DNA of 64,000 nt from Acutalibacteraceae bacterium (lineage in GTDB: Bacteria > Bacillota > Clostridia > Oscillospirales > Acutalibacteraceae), in NCBI GenBank assembly GCA_045654905.1, contig JAZOOH010000024.1, forward strand, positions 557 through 64,556, given 5' to 3'. Numbering within the stretch: position 1 is the first letter of the stretch; each line of letters starts with the position of its first letter. The translations under genes were made by a program, and so were the position numbers. The notes under the pieces are model-generated. The model searched no databases and was not told where the DNA came from. It saw only the letters and a list, made by a program, of their open reading frames with translations. Positions 9,625-18,266 of this stretch are shown piece after piece.

Positions 9625-10905
9625 TTAGTTTCTGTATTCCTCAGGAATCTCTTGCTGATTTACAATTTCCTGCATTGTAACCTCTTCTTTCTCATACTGA
9701 GAAACGTACTTGTCCTGATAATAGCTTTCCGGCTTGCAGGTAAAGGTACCGTCAGGTGAATACGTAATCATGGTACAGCCACGCTGTGTGCCTATTTTAT
9801 GAATACCAACGTAAGCAAGATAATCTATGCTTTTACCGTAGGTAAGACGAATTCCCTTGTATTCAACAGAAAAGTTGTTAAAATGGTCGTGTCCGCAGAA
9901 AATACCCTTTGTAGAGTCTAATTCAAGCATTGTTTCAAAAAGGTTTTCCTCGTACGTGCTACAGTAAACAACCTTTTTAGATTCACCCGCTACACCGTAA
10001 AAATACTTTACGTTCTCGGTATCCTTAAAGCCGTTATCTACGTACTCGCACCAGGCATCCAAATATTCTGTTGGAGGTATATGTAAAAATGCAGTGGATT
10101 TTGCAACTGCTTTTTCATCACCGGTTACTTTTTTGTTGTAAGCGTTAAGCTTTGTAATGGTCTCTCTGTACCACTCAATTTGATTTTCGTGAACACCGTC
10201 GTATTTCCACATAGCACCAAAATAGTCGCCATCTGTATAGGAGTGAGTGTCCATAAGAACAAACGCCTGTGTAATTACGCCCTTTGAATTTTTTACGTTT
10301 ATAACGCTGTTTCCGTAGCCGTCTATATCCTCGGGACCGCTTTGGAAAAGGCAATACTTGAATCCGCTGTTTTCATAAAAATCCGAAATCGCTGCGCGGT
10401 CGTAATAGCTATACATTTCCGTATCGTGGTTACCGTAGGTAATTACCCAATAAACCCCAAGCTGCTCCATAAGTGAAGCAAATATTCTTGCACCCGAAAG
10501 GTTGTTAAAGGAGCCTGAAGAAAACGGCACAGGGTAGGCAATATCACCTGTTGCAATTACAAGGTCGGGCTTTTCCGCCATAACCATCGCTGCAACAGCG
10601 TTAAGCGCCATAGCATCCTTTTCTTTTGAAAGGTAGCCGCCGCCTATATGTACGTCGGTTAATTGCATTACCTTGAATTCCTCATCCGTTGTAAAAGTCC
10701 AGTAACCGTTTTCATCCTTTGTCGGCACAAGCTGGTTTTCTATTTGTACTGTTTCAAAGCTTTTTGCGTGCTCTATATTTTTATCTCTTGCGCTCGCATC
10801 AAGTAAAGCTGTTAGCACTATAACTACCGCAAAAAAGGCGGCTATAACGCCAAGCACCTTTAAAAGTACTTTGCTTTTTTTCTTTTCTCTTTTTACTTTT
10901 TTCAT
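9625..10905 (-). CDS. Membrane-anchored metallophosphoesterase
   Basis: N-terminal K-rich segment plus a TM helix (VLLKVLGVIAAFFAVVIVLTALL), then QLTDVHIG, TGDIAYP, GNHD and GHDH motifs. Confidence 0.8.
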   Translation of the reverse strand: MKKVKREKKKSKVLLKVLGVIAAFFAVVIVLTALLDASARDKNIEHAKSFETVQIENQLVPTKDENGYWTFTTDEEFKVMQLTDVHIGGGYLSKEKDAMALNAVAAMVMAEKPDLVIATGDIAYPVPFSSGSFNNLSGARIFASLMEQLGVYWVITYGNHDTEMYSYYDRAAISDFYENSGFKYCLFQSGPEDIDGYGNSVINVKNSKGVITQAFVLMDTHSYTDGDYFGAMWKYDGVHENQIEWYRETITKLNAYNKKVTGDEKAVAKSTAFLHIPPTEYLDAWCEYVDNGFKDTENVKYFYGVAGESKKVVYCSTYEENLFETMLELDSTKGIFCGHDHFNNFSVEYKGIRLTYGKSIDYLAYVGIHKIGTQRGCTMITYSPDGTFTCKPESYYQDKYVSQYEKEEVTMQEIVNQQEIPEEYRN

Positions 10906-10953
10906 TTACCTTTACCTGCTTTTTTCTTTTTCACACCGCATTTATAATAATGA

Positions 10954-11150
10954 TTGTAATTAGTCGAAACGCAGTTGCGTTTCGTAAAAGCCGATTTTAT
11001 CGGCTTTTAGCAAAATTGTTTTTCGAAAACACAATTTTGCATTACAGTCATTGAAAGGATTATAGTCGAATTTTCGAAGAAAATTCGATACCAAATATAA
11101 GATTTGGTATCGAAACAGTGTAAAATTACACTGTTTCGACTAACTATAAT
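10954..11150. repeat. Intergenic multi-hairpin repeat, copy 2 (extended chain of six palindromes)
   Basis: 10954-11085 aligns with 2177-2308. It continues with TCGAATTTTC-GAA-GAAAATTCGA, TACCAAAT..ATTTGGTA and TCGAAACAGTGTAA..TTACACTGTTTCGA. Confidence 0.7.
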
Positions 11151-11198
11151 CGTTATAACATAAAACCTAAAAATAATCTATCAAAAAAATGTTAAAAT

Positions 11199-11837
11199 TT
11201 AGATGTCAAGCTCGCTGTAATTATAAATATATTGGTCCACAAGATTTTTGAGCGCTTCAGCCTCAGGCTCGCTTTTATCATAAATTCCAACAACGTTATA
11301 GCCGTGTGCCTTTGCTGTTTTTGCAGCATATAAGGCATCCTCAAAAACCCACGTGGTAGCTTTATCTGTACCAAGGCACTCAAGCACGGTATTGTAAACG
11401 GTAGGCTCTGTTTTAGAGGCTCCCACGGTATAGGTTGAATAAATACACGAAAAATAGTCGAGCATATTATATTTTTCAAGCACAGCCTCAAGCGCTTTTT
11501 CACTTGTTGCTGTTGCAATGCCCATTTTAACGCCCTTGGCCTTAAGCTTTTCCAAAAACTCTATTATATCGTTCTTAGGCTCGGTTTCCGTTAAATATCT
11601 TCCCTTTATAAGCTCAAAAAATGACTTAAAAAGCTCGTCATCCGTCATTTTTATTTCAAACCTTTTCTTTGCGAGTTCAATTGCGTCTAAAAGAAAAAGC
11701 CCTGCAAAATCCTCTTTATCCTTTTCGGAAAGCACCAAACCGATTTTGTCGAAAAATTTAAATTTTACACCCTTCCAAATATGCATGGAATCAAAAACAG
11801 TTCCGTCAAAATCAAAAATTGCACCTGTAATTTCCAT
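11199..11837 (-). CDS. HAD-superfamily hydrolase (beta-phosphoglucomutase-like subfamily IA)
   Basis: FDFDGTVFDS motif I, ATATS motif II region and a C-terminal FEDA-type motif. Confidence 0.85.
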   Translation of the reverse strand: MEITGAIFDFDGTVFDSMHIWKGVKFKFFDKIGLVLSEKDKEDFAGLFLLDAIELAKKRFEIKMTDDELFKSFFELIKGRYLTETEPKNDIIEFLEKLKAKGVKMGIATATSEKALEAVLEKYNMLDYFSCIYSTYTVGASKTEPTVYNTVLECLGTDKATTWVFEDALYAAKTAKAHGYNVVGIYDKSEPEAEALKNLVDQYIYNYSELDI

Positions 11838-12048
11838 TTTTTACTCCTTTACGGCAATAGTTTACACTTTTTTGATTATAGCACAAAATTTGTTGAATAG
11901 CAATTATTATTGAGGTCAAGTGTGCCACTCACGCACGCAGTGCGCATCTCGTTCCGAAGGAGCGCATTACTCAAAAAAGTCCCTTTTGTCAGTAGACAAA
12001 AGAGACTTTTTTCGTAACGGGACAGAGAAAAGCGAAAAGGTGCGTAAA

Positions 12049-12507
12049 TCATACAACATTTTTCCTAATTGTTTCTAAAATTTCTTTTTCCGCATCTTTG
12101 CCGTAAGCGAAAAGCGTTACAGTAACTTTTCTTCTGTCTTTTAATTTCAATGTGTAAAAATAAGTATCTTTGGAAATTAGCCCGTCGCCTTTATGAAAAC
12201 AACATTCGATAGATTTGATCTCACACATCTTAATAACAGTTTTTTGAAAGGCCATTTTTCCGTTTATCATTGCTCCTCTTGGAAAAAAGATTTTGTCTGC
12301 ATCAATTATCAAAGTTCTGCTTTTTTCAGCAACAAAGCAAGCAAGGAATAAGATGCCTAACAATCCACCTCCTACTGTAAGGCCAATTGGCAACCCAATA
12401 TTTTCGATTTTAACCAAGAGAAGGGCGATACCTGTCAAAAACACTGCGCCACAAGCCAAAGAAACGATCGCAAGGAACTTTACTGCTCGGGAAGAATATC
12501 TTTTCAT
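12049..12507 (-). CDS. Small membrane protein with two TM helices and a bacterial-PH-like soluble domain
   Basis: Two hydrophobic helices (FLAIVSLACGAVFLTGIALLLV; GLTVGGGLLGILFLACFVA) followed by a beta-rich 80-aa domain. It overlaps the upstream gene by 4 nt. Confidence 0.55.
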   Translation of the reverse strand: MKRYSSRAVKFLAIVSLACGAVFLTGIALLLVKIENIGLPIGLTVGGGLLGILFLACFVAEKSRTLIIDADKIFFPRGAMINGKMAFQKTVIKMCEIKSIECCFHKGDGLISKDTYFYTLKLKDRRKVTVTLFAYGKDAEKEILETIRKNVV

Positions 12508-12851
12508 TTCACATTCTCCTTTGCAGTGTTGATGGAGGAGATGAGCATTCTACGAATTGAACCGCAGTCATGCAAAGCATTCTTAGCAAGATCATCAGTG
12601 ATAATACCTGCTTTTTGTGCTATTTCGATCCAATATTCTGTTTCAAAGCTCTCCTTTAAAGCAATCTGCAACTTGGCAATAAAATCGGGACGGCTGTGAG
12701 CATACTTTGCCTCACGGATATTTGCTCCAATACTCGTTCCGCTTCGTTCAAGCTGATTTGACAGAGAATAATGTCCTTTTATGTTTTCTGTCAGTTTTAA
12801 GATTTGAATCGCAAATTCTGTTGACATATCAGCAAGTTTATTTTCAGCCAT
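12504..12851 (-). CDS. Four-helix-bundle protein (23S rRNA intervening-sequence protein family)
   Basis: SLSNQLERSGTSIGANIREA.....S..DFI.KL.IALKE..ETEYW is the signature of this family. ATG 12851 is preceded by GAGGTGG. Confidence 0.8.
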   Translation of the reverse strand: MAENKLADMSTEFAIQILKLTENIKGHYSLSNQLERSGTSIGANIREAKYAHSRPDFIAKLQIALKESFETEYWIEIAQKAGIITDDLAKNALHDCGSIRRMLISSINTAKENVK

Positions 12852-12895
12852 CGAAACCACCTCTTTAATACATTATATCACAGGCTCCAACGGTT

Positions 12896-13109
12896 TTCAA
12901 TGAAATCGCGCAAGCGCGATGATATCCTCACTCCATTCGGATGAAATCTGCTAACGCAGATGAAATCAAATCATTCCTTCACCTGACGAAGTAGGATTTC
13001 ATCACGGAGTGATTTCATCCACCGCAGGTGGATTTATCCCGTCCGCAAGGACGGATTTAGTTGAAAAGAAACACCTTTTGCCAGATAGGCAAAATGTGTT
13101 TCTTTTCTG
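12896..13109. repeat. Hairpin-array repeat R1 (214 bp) ending in a terminator hairpin
   Basis: Collinear with 13734-13947. It is a chain of short GC-rich palindromes joined by TGAAATC / GATTTCA linkers, then AGAAACAC..GTGTTTCT followed by TTTTC. Confidence 0.75.
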
Positions 13110-13206
13110 CGAAAGAGCAGTATAACGGTGCGTAAATGGGGTAAAGAAAAGCGATTCGCTGCGTAACCGTACTGTTCGACATATTGGAATTTGTCAACTT
13201 GTGAAA

Positions 13207-13668
13207 TCAAATGGAATCCAACGCTCCAATCTCGTACCATTCGTTTGAAAGCTTTTTGGATTTCATATTCATATAAGGACGAGCATCTTCCTTCTTTTGA
13301 TTAATAGCCTTTTTCGGATTCGAAGACCACAACACACCATAGTAACCCGTTTCGTCTTCCCAAAAGATGATGTAGTCATTGTCCATTTCAATGTATGTAA
13401 ATCCTTTATCGTGGATAGCTTTCACAGAATCTTCGATAGAACTGTCCGAAATGTCAGTTCCGTTTATTGATAAAAACTGACTGCCTATATCGACAATCAA
13501 CCGAGAACTGTCATTACGAGCAATGTTGTAGTCAGCAAGGAAGTTCTTCACCATAACAAAATCATCTTCATATTCCTGAAAGTCCTCAAAATCAGGTTTG
13601 CTCAATTGACAACCAACTATTCCAAAAGCACAAACAATTGCCAAAACGAAAGCCATTAACTTTTTCAT
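13207..13668 (-). CDS. Small lipoprotein, function unknown
   Basis: MKKLMAFVLAIVCAFGIVGC lipobox after an AAGGAGG RBS. The longer track ORF (to 13857) merely translates repeat R2. Confidence 0.7.
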   Translation of the reverse strand: MKKLMAFVLAIVCAFGIVGCQLSKPDFEDFQEYEDDFVMVKNFLADYNIARNDSSRLIVDIGSQFLSINGTDISDSSIEDSVKAIHDKGFTYIEMDNDYIIFWEDETGYYGVLWSSNPKKAINQKKEDARPYMNMKSKKLSNEWYEIGALDSI

Positions 13669-13733
13669 ACTGGTAACCTCCTTTGTCAAATTCTTATTTA
13701 TCGAAGTGATTATACCACATATTCCCAAACCCT

Positions 13734-13946
13734 TCAATGAAATCGCGCAAGGCGCGATGAAATCCGAGCGATGCTCGGATGAAATCTGCTGCGCAGATGA
13801 AATTAAATCCGTCCTTATCTCCTGACGAAGTCGGATTTCATCACGAAGTGATTTCATCCACCGTAGGTGGATTTATTCCGGACGAAAGGACGGATTTAGT
13901 TGAAAAGAAACACCATTTGTCAGGTAGACAAATGGTGTTTCTTTTC
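13734..13946. repeat. Hairpin-array repeat R2, abutting the 3' end of tRNA-Leu
   Basis: Same order of palindromes as R1. Most differences from R1 fall in hairpin loops. The terminal hairpin AGAAACACCATTTGTC..GACAAATGGTGTTTCT serves as the tRNA terminator. Confidence 0.75.
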
Positions 13947-14033
13947 TGGTGCCGGTGGTGGGACTCGAACCCACACGATGTCGCCATCAACGGATTTTGA
14001 GTCCGTCACGTCTGCCAATTCCATCACACCGGC
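13947..14033 (-). tRNA. tRNA-Leu (anticodon CAA)
   Basis: The reverse complement gives GCCGGTG acceptor, an ACGGA-CTCAAAA-TCCGT anticodon arm, a long variable arm, a GGTTCGAGTCC T-arm, CACCGGC-A and an encoded CCA. Confidence 0.9.
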
Positions 14034-14184
14034 GCATATTCATTTGCGTTTAGTATTATATATTATAACTTTTAAAAAATCAATACTATTACAAATATTT
14101 TACTTAAATATCGTAAAATATAACAGTTTTAAATTTCCATTTTTTGTGTTAAAATGTAAATATACTATTATTAGGAGAATTAAT

Positions 14185-15930
14185 TTGAACAGTAAAAAAT
14201 CTAAAAAGGGCGGTCTTGTTAAAAGATTCTTCCCCTACTACAAAAAACACCTTGGCACACTGTGCTTCGATTTATTTTGTGCCGCACTTACAACTCTTTG
14301 TGAGCTTGCTTTACCGGTTATTGTCCGCTACATTACCGGCACTGCAACCGACTCCCCGCAGAATTTAACGCTTTCGTTAATTCTTACGCTCGGCGGAGTT
14401 TACATTGTGCTCAAAATTATAGATGCCGTTGCATATTACTATATGGCATCTGTTGGTCACATAATGGGTACTAAAATAGAAACGGAAATGCGCAAGGACT
14501 TTTTTAACCACCTGCAAAAGCTCCCCTTCTCATTTTATGATGATGCTAAGGTTGGTACGCTTATGTCGAGAATTACCTCTGACCTTTTTGACGTTACCGA
14601 ATTTGCTCACCATTGCCCTGAGGAATTTTTCATTGCAGGCATTAAAATTATTGCCTCCTTTTCCATTCTTGCTTTTATGAATATTCCGCTGACGCTCATA
14701 ATGTTTGCGGTTTTACCGTTTATGATTGTTATTCTTGCACGCTACAACCACAAAATGCGTGACGGCTTTAAGGAATCAAGAAAAAAGGTTGGCGAATTAA
14801 ACAGCCAGGTAGAGGACAGCCTTTTAGGCATACGTGTTGTAAAATCCTTTGCAAATGAACAAATAGAAGAAGAAAAGTTCAAGGAAGGCAACGTCGGCTT
14901 TTTAAAAATAAAATCTATTGTTTATAAATATATGGGCTCCTTTACCGCTATTAACAGGGTTTTTGAAGGCATAATGTATATAGTGGTTGTCATTGCCGGC
15001 GGCATATTTTTGCTCAACAAAAAAATTGCCGCTGCCGACTACGTTGCTTATTTAATGTATATTTCCGTGCTTTTAACAGCCATAAAAAGAATTGTAGAAT
15101 TCGCAGAGCAATTCCAGCGCGGTATGACGGGAATTGAGCGCTTTACTGAAATTCTTGACATTGAGCCTTCCATTAAGGATAAGCAGGGCGCTACCGAGCT
15201 TACCGTTACAGATGGAGTTATAGATTTTAAAAACGTCTCCTTTAAATATTCAGACGTTACCGAGAACGTTCTTTCAAATTTAAATATTCATATAGAAAAA
15301 GGGCAAAAGGTTGCTTTAGTTGGTCCCTCGGGCAGCGGCAAAACTACCCTTTGTAACCTTATTCCTCGTTTTTATGAAATTACAGACGGTGAAATTTTAA
15401 TTGATGGCACAAGCATTCAGGAGGTTACCTTAAAATCCTTACGAAGCAGCATTGGTGTTGTTCAGCAGGACGTCTACCTGTTTTCCGGCACTGTAAAGGA
15501 AAACATTGCCTACGGTATGCCCGGTGCTACAAACGAAGCAATTGAAGAGGCTGCGCGCCTTGCGGGTGCTCATGAGTTTATAAAAGAGCTTCCAAACGGC
15601 TACGACACCTACGTTGGTGAGCGCGGTGTTAAGCTCTCCGGCGGACAAAAGCAAAGAATAAGCATAGCTCGTGTTTTCCTCAAAAACCCAAAAATTCTTA
15701 TTCTTGACGAGGCAACAAGCGCACTCGATAACGAAAGCGAGCAAATTGTAAAAAAATCACTCGATTTACTTGCAGAGGGCAGAACTACACTTATTGTTGC
15801 CCACAGACTCACCACCATAAAAAATGCCGATAACATTCTTGTTCTTACCAACAACGGAATTGAAGAAAGCGGCTCTCACGAGGCTTTAATTAAGAAAAAC
15901 GGCATTTATGCCGGACTTTACGAAATGTAG
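14185..15930 (+). CDS. ABC exporter, fused permease/ATPase (MsbA-like type I)
   Basis: TTG start at 14185, 6 nt after AGGAGA. Six TM segments, Walker A GPSGSGKTT, signature LSGGQKQR and Walker B ILILDEATSALD. The track ORF from 13900 reads through the tRNA-Leu gene. Confidence 0.85.
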   Translation: MNSKKSKKGGLVKRFFPYYKKHLGTLCFDLFCAALTTLCELALPVIVRYITGTATDSPQNLTLSLILTLGGVYIVLKIIDAVAYYYMASVGHIMGTKIETEMRKDFFNHLQKLPFSFYDDAKVGTLMSRITSDLFDVTEFAHHCPEEFFIAGIKIIASFSILAFMNIPLTLIMFAVLPFMIVILARYNHKMRDGFKESRKKVGELNSQVEDSLLGIRVVKSFANEQIEEEKFKEGNVGFLKIKSIVYKYMGSFTAINRVFEGIMYIVVVIAGGIFLLNKKIAAADYVAYLMYISVLLTAIKRIVEFAEQFQRGMTGIERFTEILDIEPSIKDKQGATELTVTDGVIDFKNVSFKYSDVTENVLSNLNIHIEKGQKVALVGPSGSGKTTLCNLIPRFYEITDGEILIDGTSIQEVTLKSLRSSIGVVQQDVYLFSGTVKENIAYGMPGATNEAIEEAARLAGAHEFIKELPNGYDTYVGERGVKLSGGQKQRISIARVFLKNPKILILDEATSALDNESEQIVKKSLDLLAEGRTTLIVAHRLTTIKNADNILVLTNNGIEESGSHEALIKKNGIYAGLYEM

Positions 15931-15966
15931 AGCAATTAGCTTTATTAAATTTAAGGAGTTGTTCTT

Positions 15967-16695
15967 ATGAAAAATTATCCTACACCACACATTGACGCTT
16001 CACCTGAGGACTTTGCAAAAACAGTGCTTATGCCGGGTGACCCGTTAAGAGCAAAATTTATAGCAGAAAATTTTTTAGAAAACGCAAAGCTTGTAAACAA
16101 CGTGCGCGGAATCCAGGGCTACACGGGTTTTTACAACGGAACTCGTGTTTCTGTTATGGCATCCGGTATGGGTATGCCTTCTATAGGAATTTACTCTTAC
16201 GAGCTTTTCAACTTTTTTGACGTAGAGAACATTATAAGAATCGGCTCGGCAGGCGGTATGTGTGAAAAGGTTAAGGTAAGAGATATTGTAATAGCGCAGG
16301 GTGCCTGCACAAATTCAAGGTACAGCCACACCTTTAATTTGCCGGGTGACTTCGCACCAATTTCTGACTTTACCGTTTTAAGAACGCTTGTGGAAACAGC
16401 AGAAAGACTTAACCTTAAGCACGAGGTAGGCAACGTGCTTTCCTCCGACGTTTTTTACGGTGATAACCCCGAGGAAAGCGCAAACTGGCAAAAAATGGGC
16501 GTTCTTGCGGTGGAAATGGAAGCAGCAGCACTCTTTATGAATGCTGCAAGAGCTAACAAAAGAGCAGGTGCCTTGTTTACCGTTTCAGACCACCTTATAA
16601 CGGGTGAAGCGCTTCCTGCAATAGAAAGACAGAACTCATTTACAGATATGATGAAATTAGCGCTTGAGACTGCTGTTCAACTGGAGAATAAATAA
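15967..16695 (+). CDS. deoD: Purine nucleoside phosphorylase, DeoD type
   Basis: TPHIDA..EDFAKTVLMPGDPLRAKFIAENFLE..NNVRG and SGMGMPS match hexameric PNP. Confidence 0.9.
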   Translation: MKNYPTPHIDASPEDFAKTVLMPGDPLRAKFIAENFLENAKLVNNVRGIQGYTGFYNGTRVSVMASGMGMPSIGIYSYELFNFFDVENIIRIGSAGGMCEKVKVRDIVIAQGACTNSRYSHTFNLPGDFAPISDFTVLRTLVETAERLNLKHEVGNVLSSDVFYGDNPEESANWQKMGVLAVEMEAAALFMNAARANKRAGALFTVSDHLITGEALPAIERQNSFTDMMKLALETAVQLENK

Positions 16696-17810
16696 TGGCA
16701 AAAAGAGTATTTCTTATTGTGCTTGATTCTTGCGGAATAGGTGCAGCGCCTGATGCCGCACATTTTAATGATGCAGGTGCAAACACAATGAAAAGCATTT
16801 CGCAATCGCCTGAATTTAATATTGACAATCTTAAGAGCCTCGGCTTTACAAAAATAGACGGCCTTTCCTATTTAGGTGACGGCAATTTAAAGGCTACGGT
16901 TGCACGCTTGCAGGAAAAATCCAAGGGCAAGGACACAACCATCGGACACTGGGAGCTTGCAGGAATTGTATCACAAAAGCCTTTACCCACCTTCCCTGAG
17001 GGCTTTCCGCAGGAGCTGTTGGTCGAATTTTCCCGACTCACAAAAAGAGGCGTGCTTTGCAACAAGCCGTACTCCGGCACAGAGGTTATTAAGGACTTTG
17101 GTGAGGAGCACTTAAAAACAGGCTCATTAATTGTATACACCTCTGCAGACAGCGTTTTTCAAATTGCCGCACACGAATCTGTAGTGCCGCCCGAAACGCT
17201 TTATGAATACTGCAAAATTGCCCGCAGCTTATTAACCGGTGACCTTGGCGTGGGCAGAGTTATTGCGCGTCCGTTTGAGGGTGAGTATCCTTTTAAAAGG
17301 ACCTCGAGAAGGCACGACTTTTCCCTTCAGCCGCCAAAGGCTACCGTTTTGGATGAGTTGAAAAATAACGGCTACGACGTAATCGGCGTAGGAAAAATCA
17401 ACGACATTTTTGCGGGCAATGGAATTACGGAATACACCTACACAAAAAATAACGAAGAGGGCATGGAAAAGGCTCTTCTTTATTCAGAAAAAAGCTTTAA
17501 CGGCCTTTGCTTTATAAATCTTGTAGATTTTGATATGGTATACGGCCACAGAAACGACGTTGACGGCTATGCAAGAGCTCTTGCCGCCTTTGACAGCTGG
17601 CTGCCAAAATTCATACAAAATATGAAAAGGGATGACGTTTTAATTATTACAGCCGACCACGGTTGCGACCCGGGTGATTCAAGCACGGACCACACCCGCG
17701 AATACGTCCCGTTTGTTATGCTTGGTGAGAGCATAAGCCCCGAAAATCTTGGCACAATAGAAGGCTTTGATTTTGTGGCAGAAAAGGTCAAAACTCTTTT
17801 AGAAAGGTGA
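16695..17810 (+). CDS. deoB: Phosphopentomutase
   Basis: RVFLIVLDSCGIG, GHWE, DFDMVYGHRND and ITADHGCDP motifs. Confidence 0.9.
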   Translation: MAKRVFLIVLDSCGIGAAPDAAHFNDAGANTMKSISQSPEFNIDNLKSLGFTKIDGLSYLGDGNLKATVARLQEKSKGKDTTIGHWELAGIVSQKPLPTFPEGFPQELLVEFSRLTKRGVLCNKPYSGTEVIKDFGEEHLKTGSLIVYTSADSVFQIAAHESVVPPETLYEYCKIARSLLTGDLGVGRVIARPFEGEYPFKRTSRRHDFSLQPPKATVLDELKNNGYDVIGVGKINDIFAGNGITEYTYTKNNEEGMEKALLYSEKSFNGLCFINLVDFDMVYGHRNDVDGYARALAAFDSWLPKFIQNMKRDDVLIITADHGCDPGDSSTDHTREYVPFVMLGESISPENLGTIEGFDFVAEKVKTLLER

Positions 17811-17814
17811 TTTT

Positions 17815-18213
17815 ATGACGGATAAGGAATTAGCTTTATTGGCAACAGAGGCTACAAAAAATTCTTACTCACCATACTCTGAATTCAAGGTGGGTGCTGC
17901 CCTACTTACAAAAAGCGGCAAGCTGTACACCGGCTGCAATATAGAAAACTCTGCATTTTCCCCTACCATTTGCGCAGAAAGAGTTGCCTTCTTCAAGGCA
18001 ATATCTGAGGGTGAAACAGAATTTTCTAAAATTGCCGTTGCGGGTGGAAAAAACGGGGTAATTACTACTGCTACCTCACCATGCGGCGTTTGCAGGCAGG
18101 TTATGAGTGAGTTTTGCGACGGAGATTTTGAAATTTTAATGGTAAAGGAAGGCAACGAATTTGAAAAGGTGTTGCTCAAGGATTTGCTGCCCTACTCCTT
18201 TAGCTTGGAATAA
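17815..18213 (+). CDS. cdd: Cytidine deaminase
   Basis: CAERVA and PCGVCRQ zinc-binding motifs, 132 aa. Confidence 0.9.
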   Translation: MTDKELALLATEATKNSYSPYSEFKVGAALLTKSGKLYTGCNIENSAFSPTICAERVAFFKAISEGETEFSKIAVAGGKNGVITTATSPCGVCRQVMSEFCDGDFEILMVKEGNEFEKVLLKDLLPYSFSLE

Positions 18214-18266
18214 AATCGCGAGCATTTTAACAAATATACGAGAAACCACCAACGGAGATTTTCATT

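Noticed and set aside
13669-13857. N-terminal extension of the track ORF 13207..13857
   Set aside because: It is a translation of hairpin-array repeat R2 (an EIS/FHP-like low-complexity peptide). The real start is the lipoprotein signal peptide at ATG 13668, after AAGGAGG.
12896-13946. Hairpin arrays as a CRISPR array
   Set aside because: There is no constant repeat of 24-40 nt alternating with unique spacers. Here the short linker is constant and the palindromes vary, units are only about 20-25 nt, and no cas genes are present.
13900-14184. N-terminal 95 codons of the track ORF 13900..15930 (ABC exporter)
   Set aside because: This part reads straight across the tRNA-Leu gene on the opposite strand and its AT-rich promoter region. 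A TTG at 14185, 6 nt after AGGAGA, gives a normal-length exporter.
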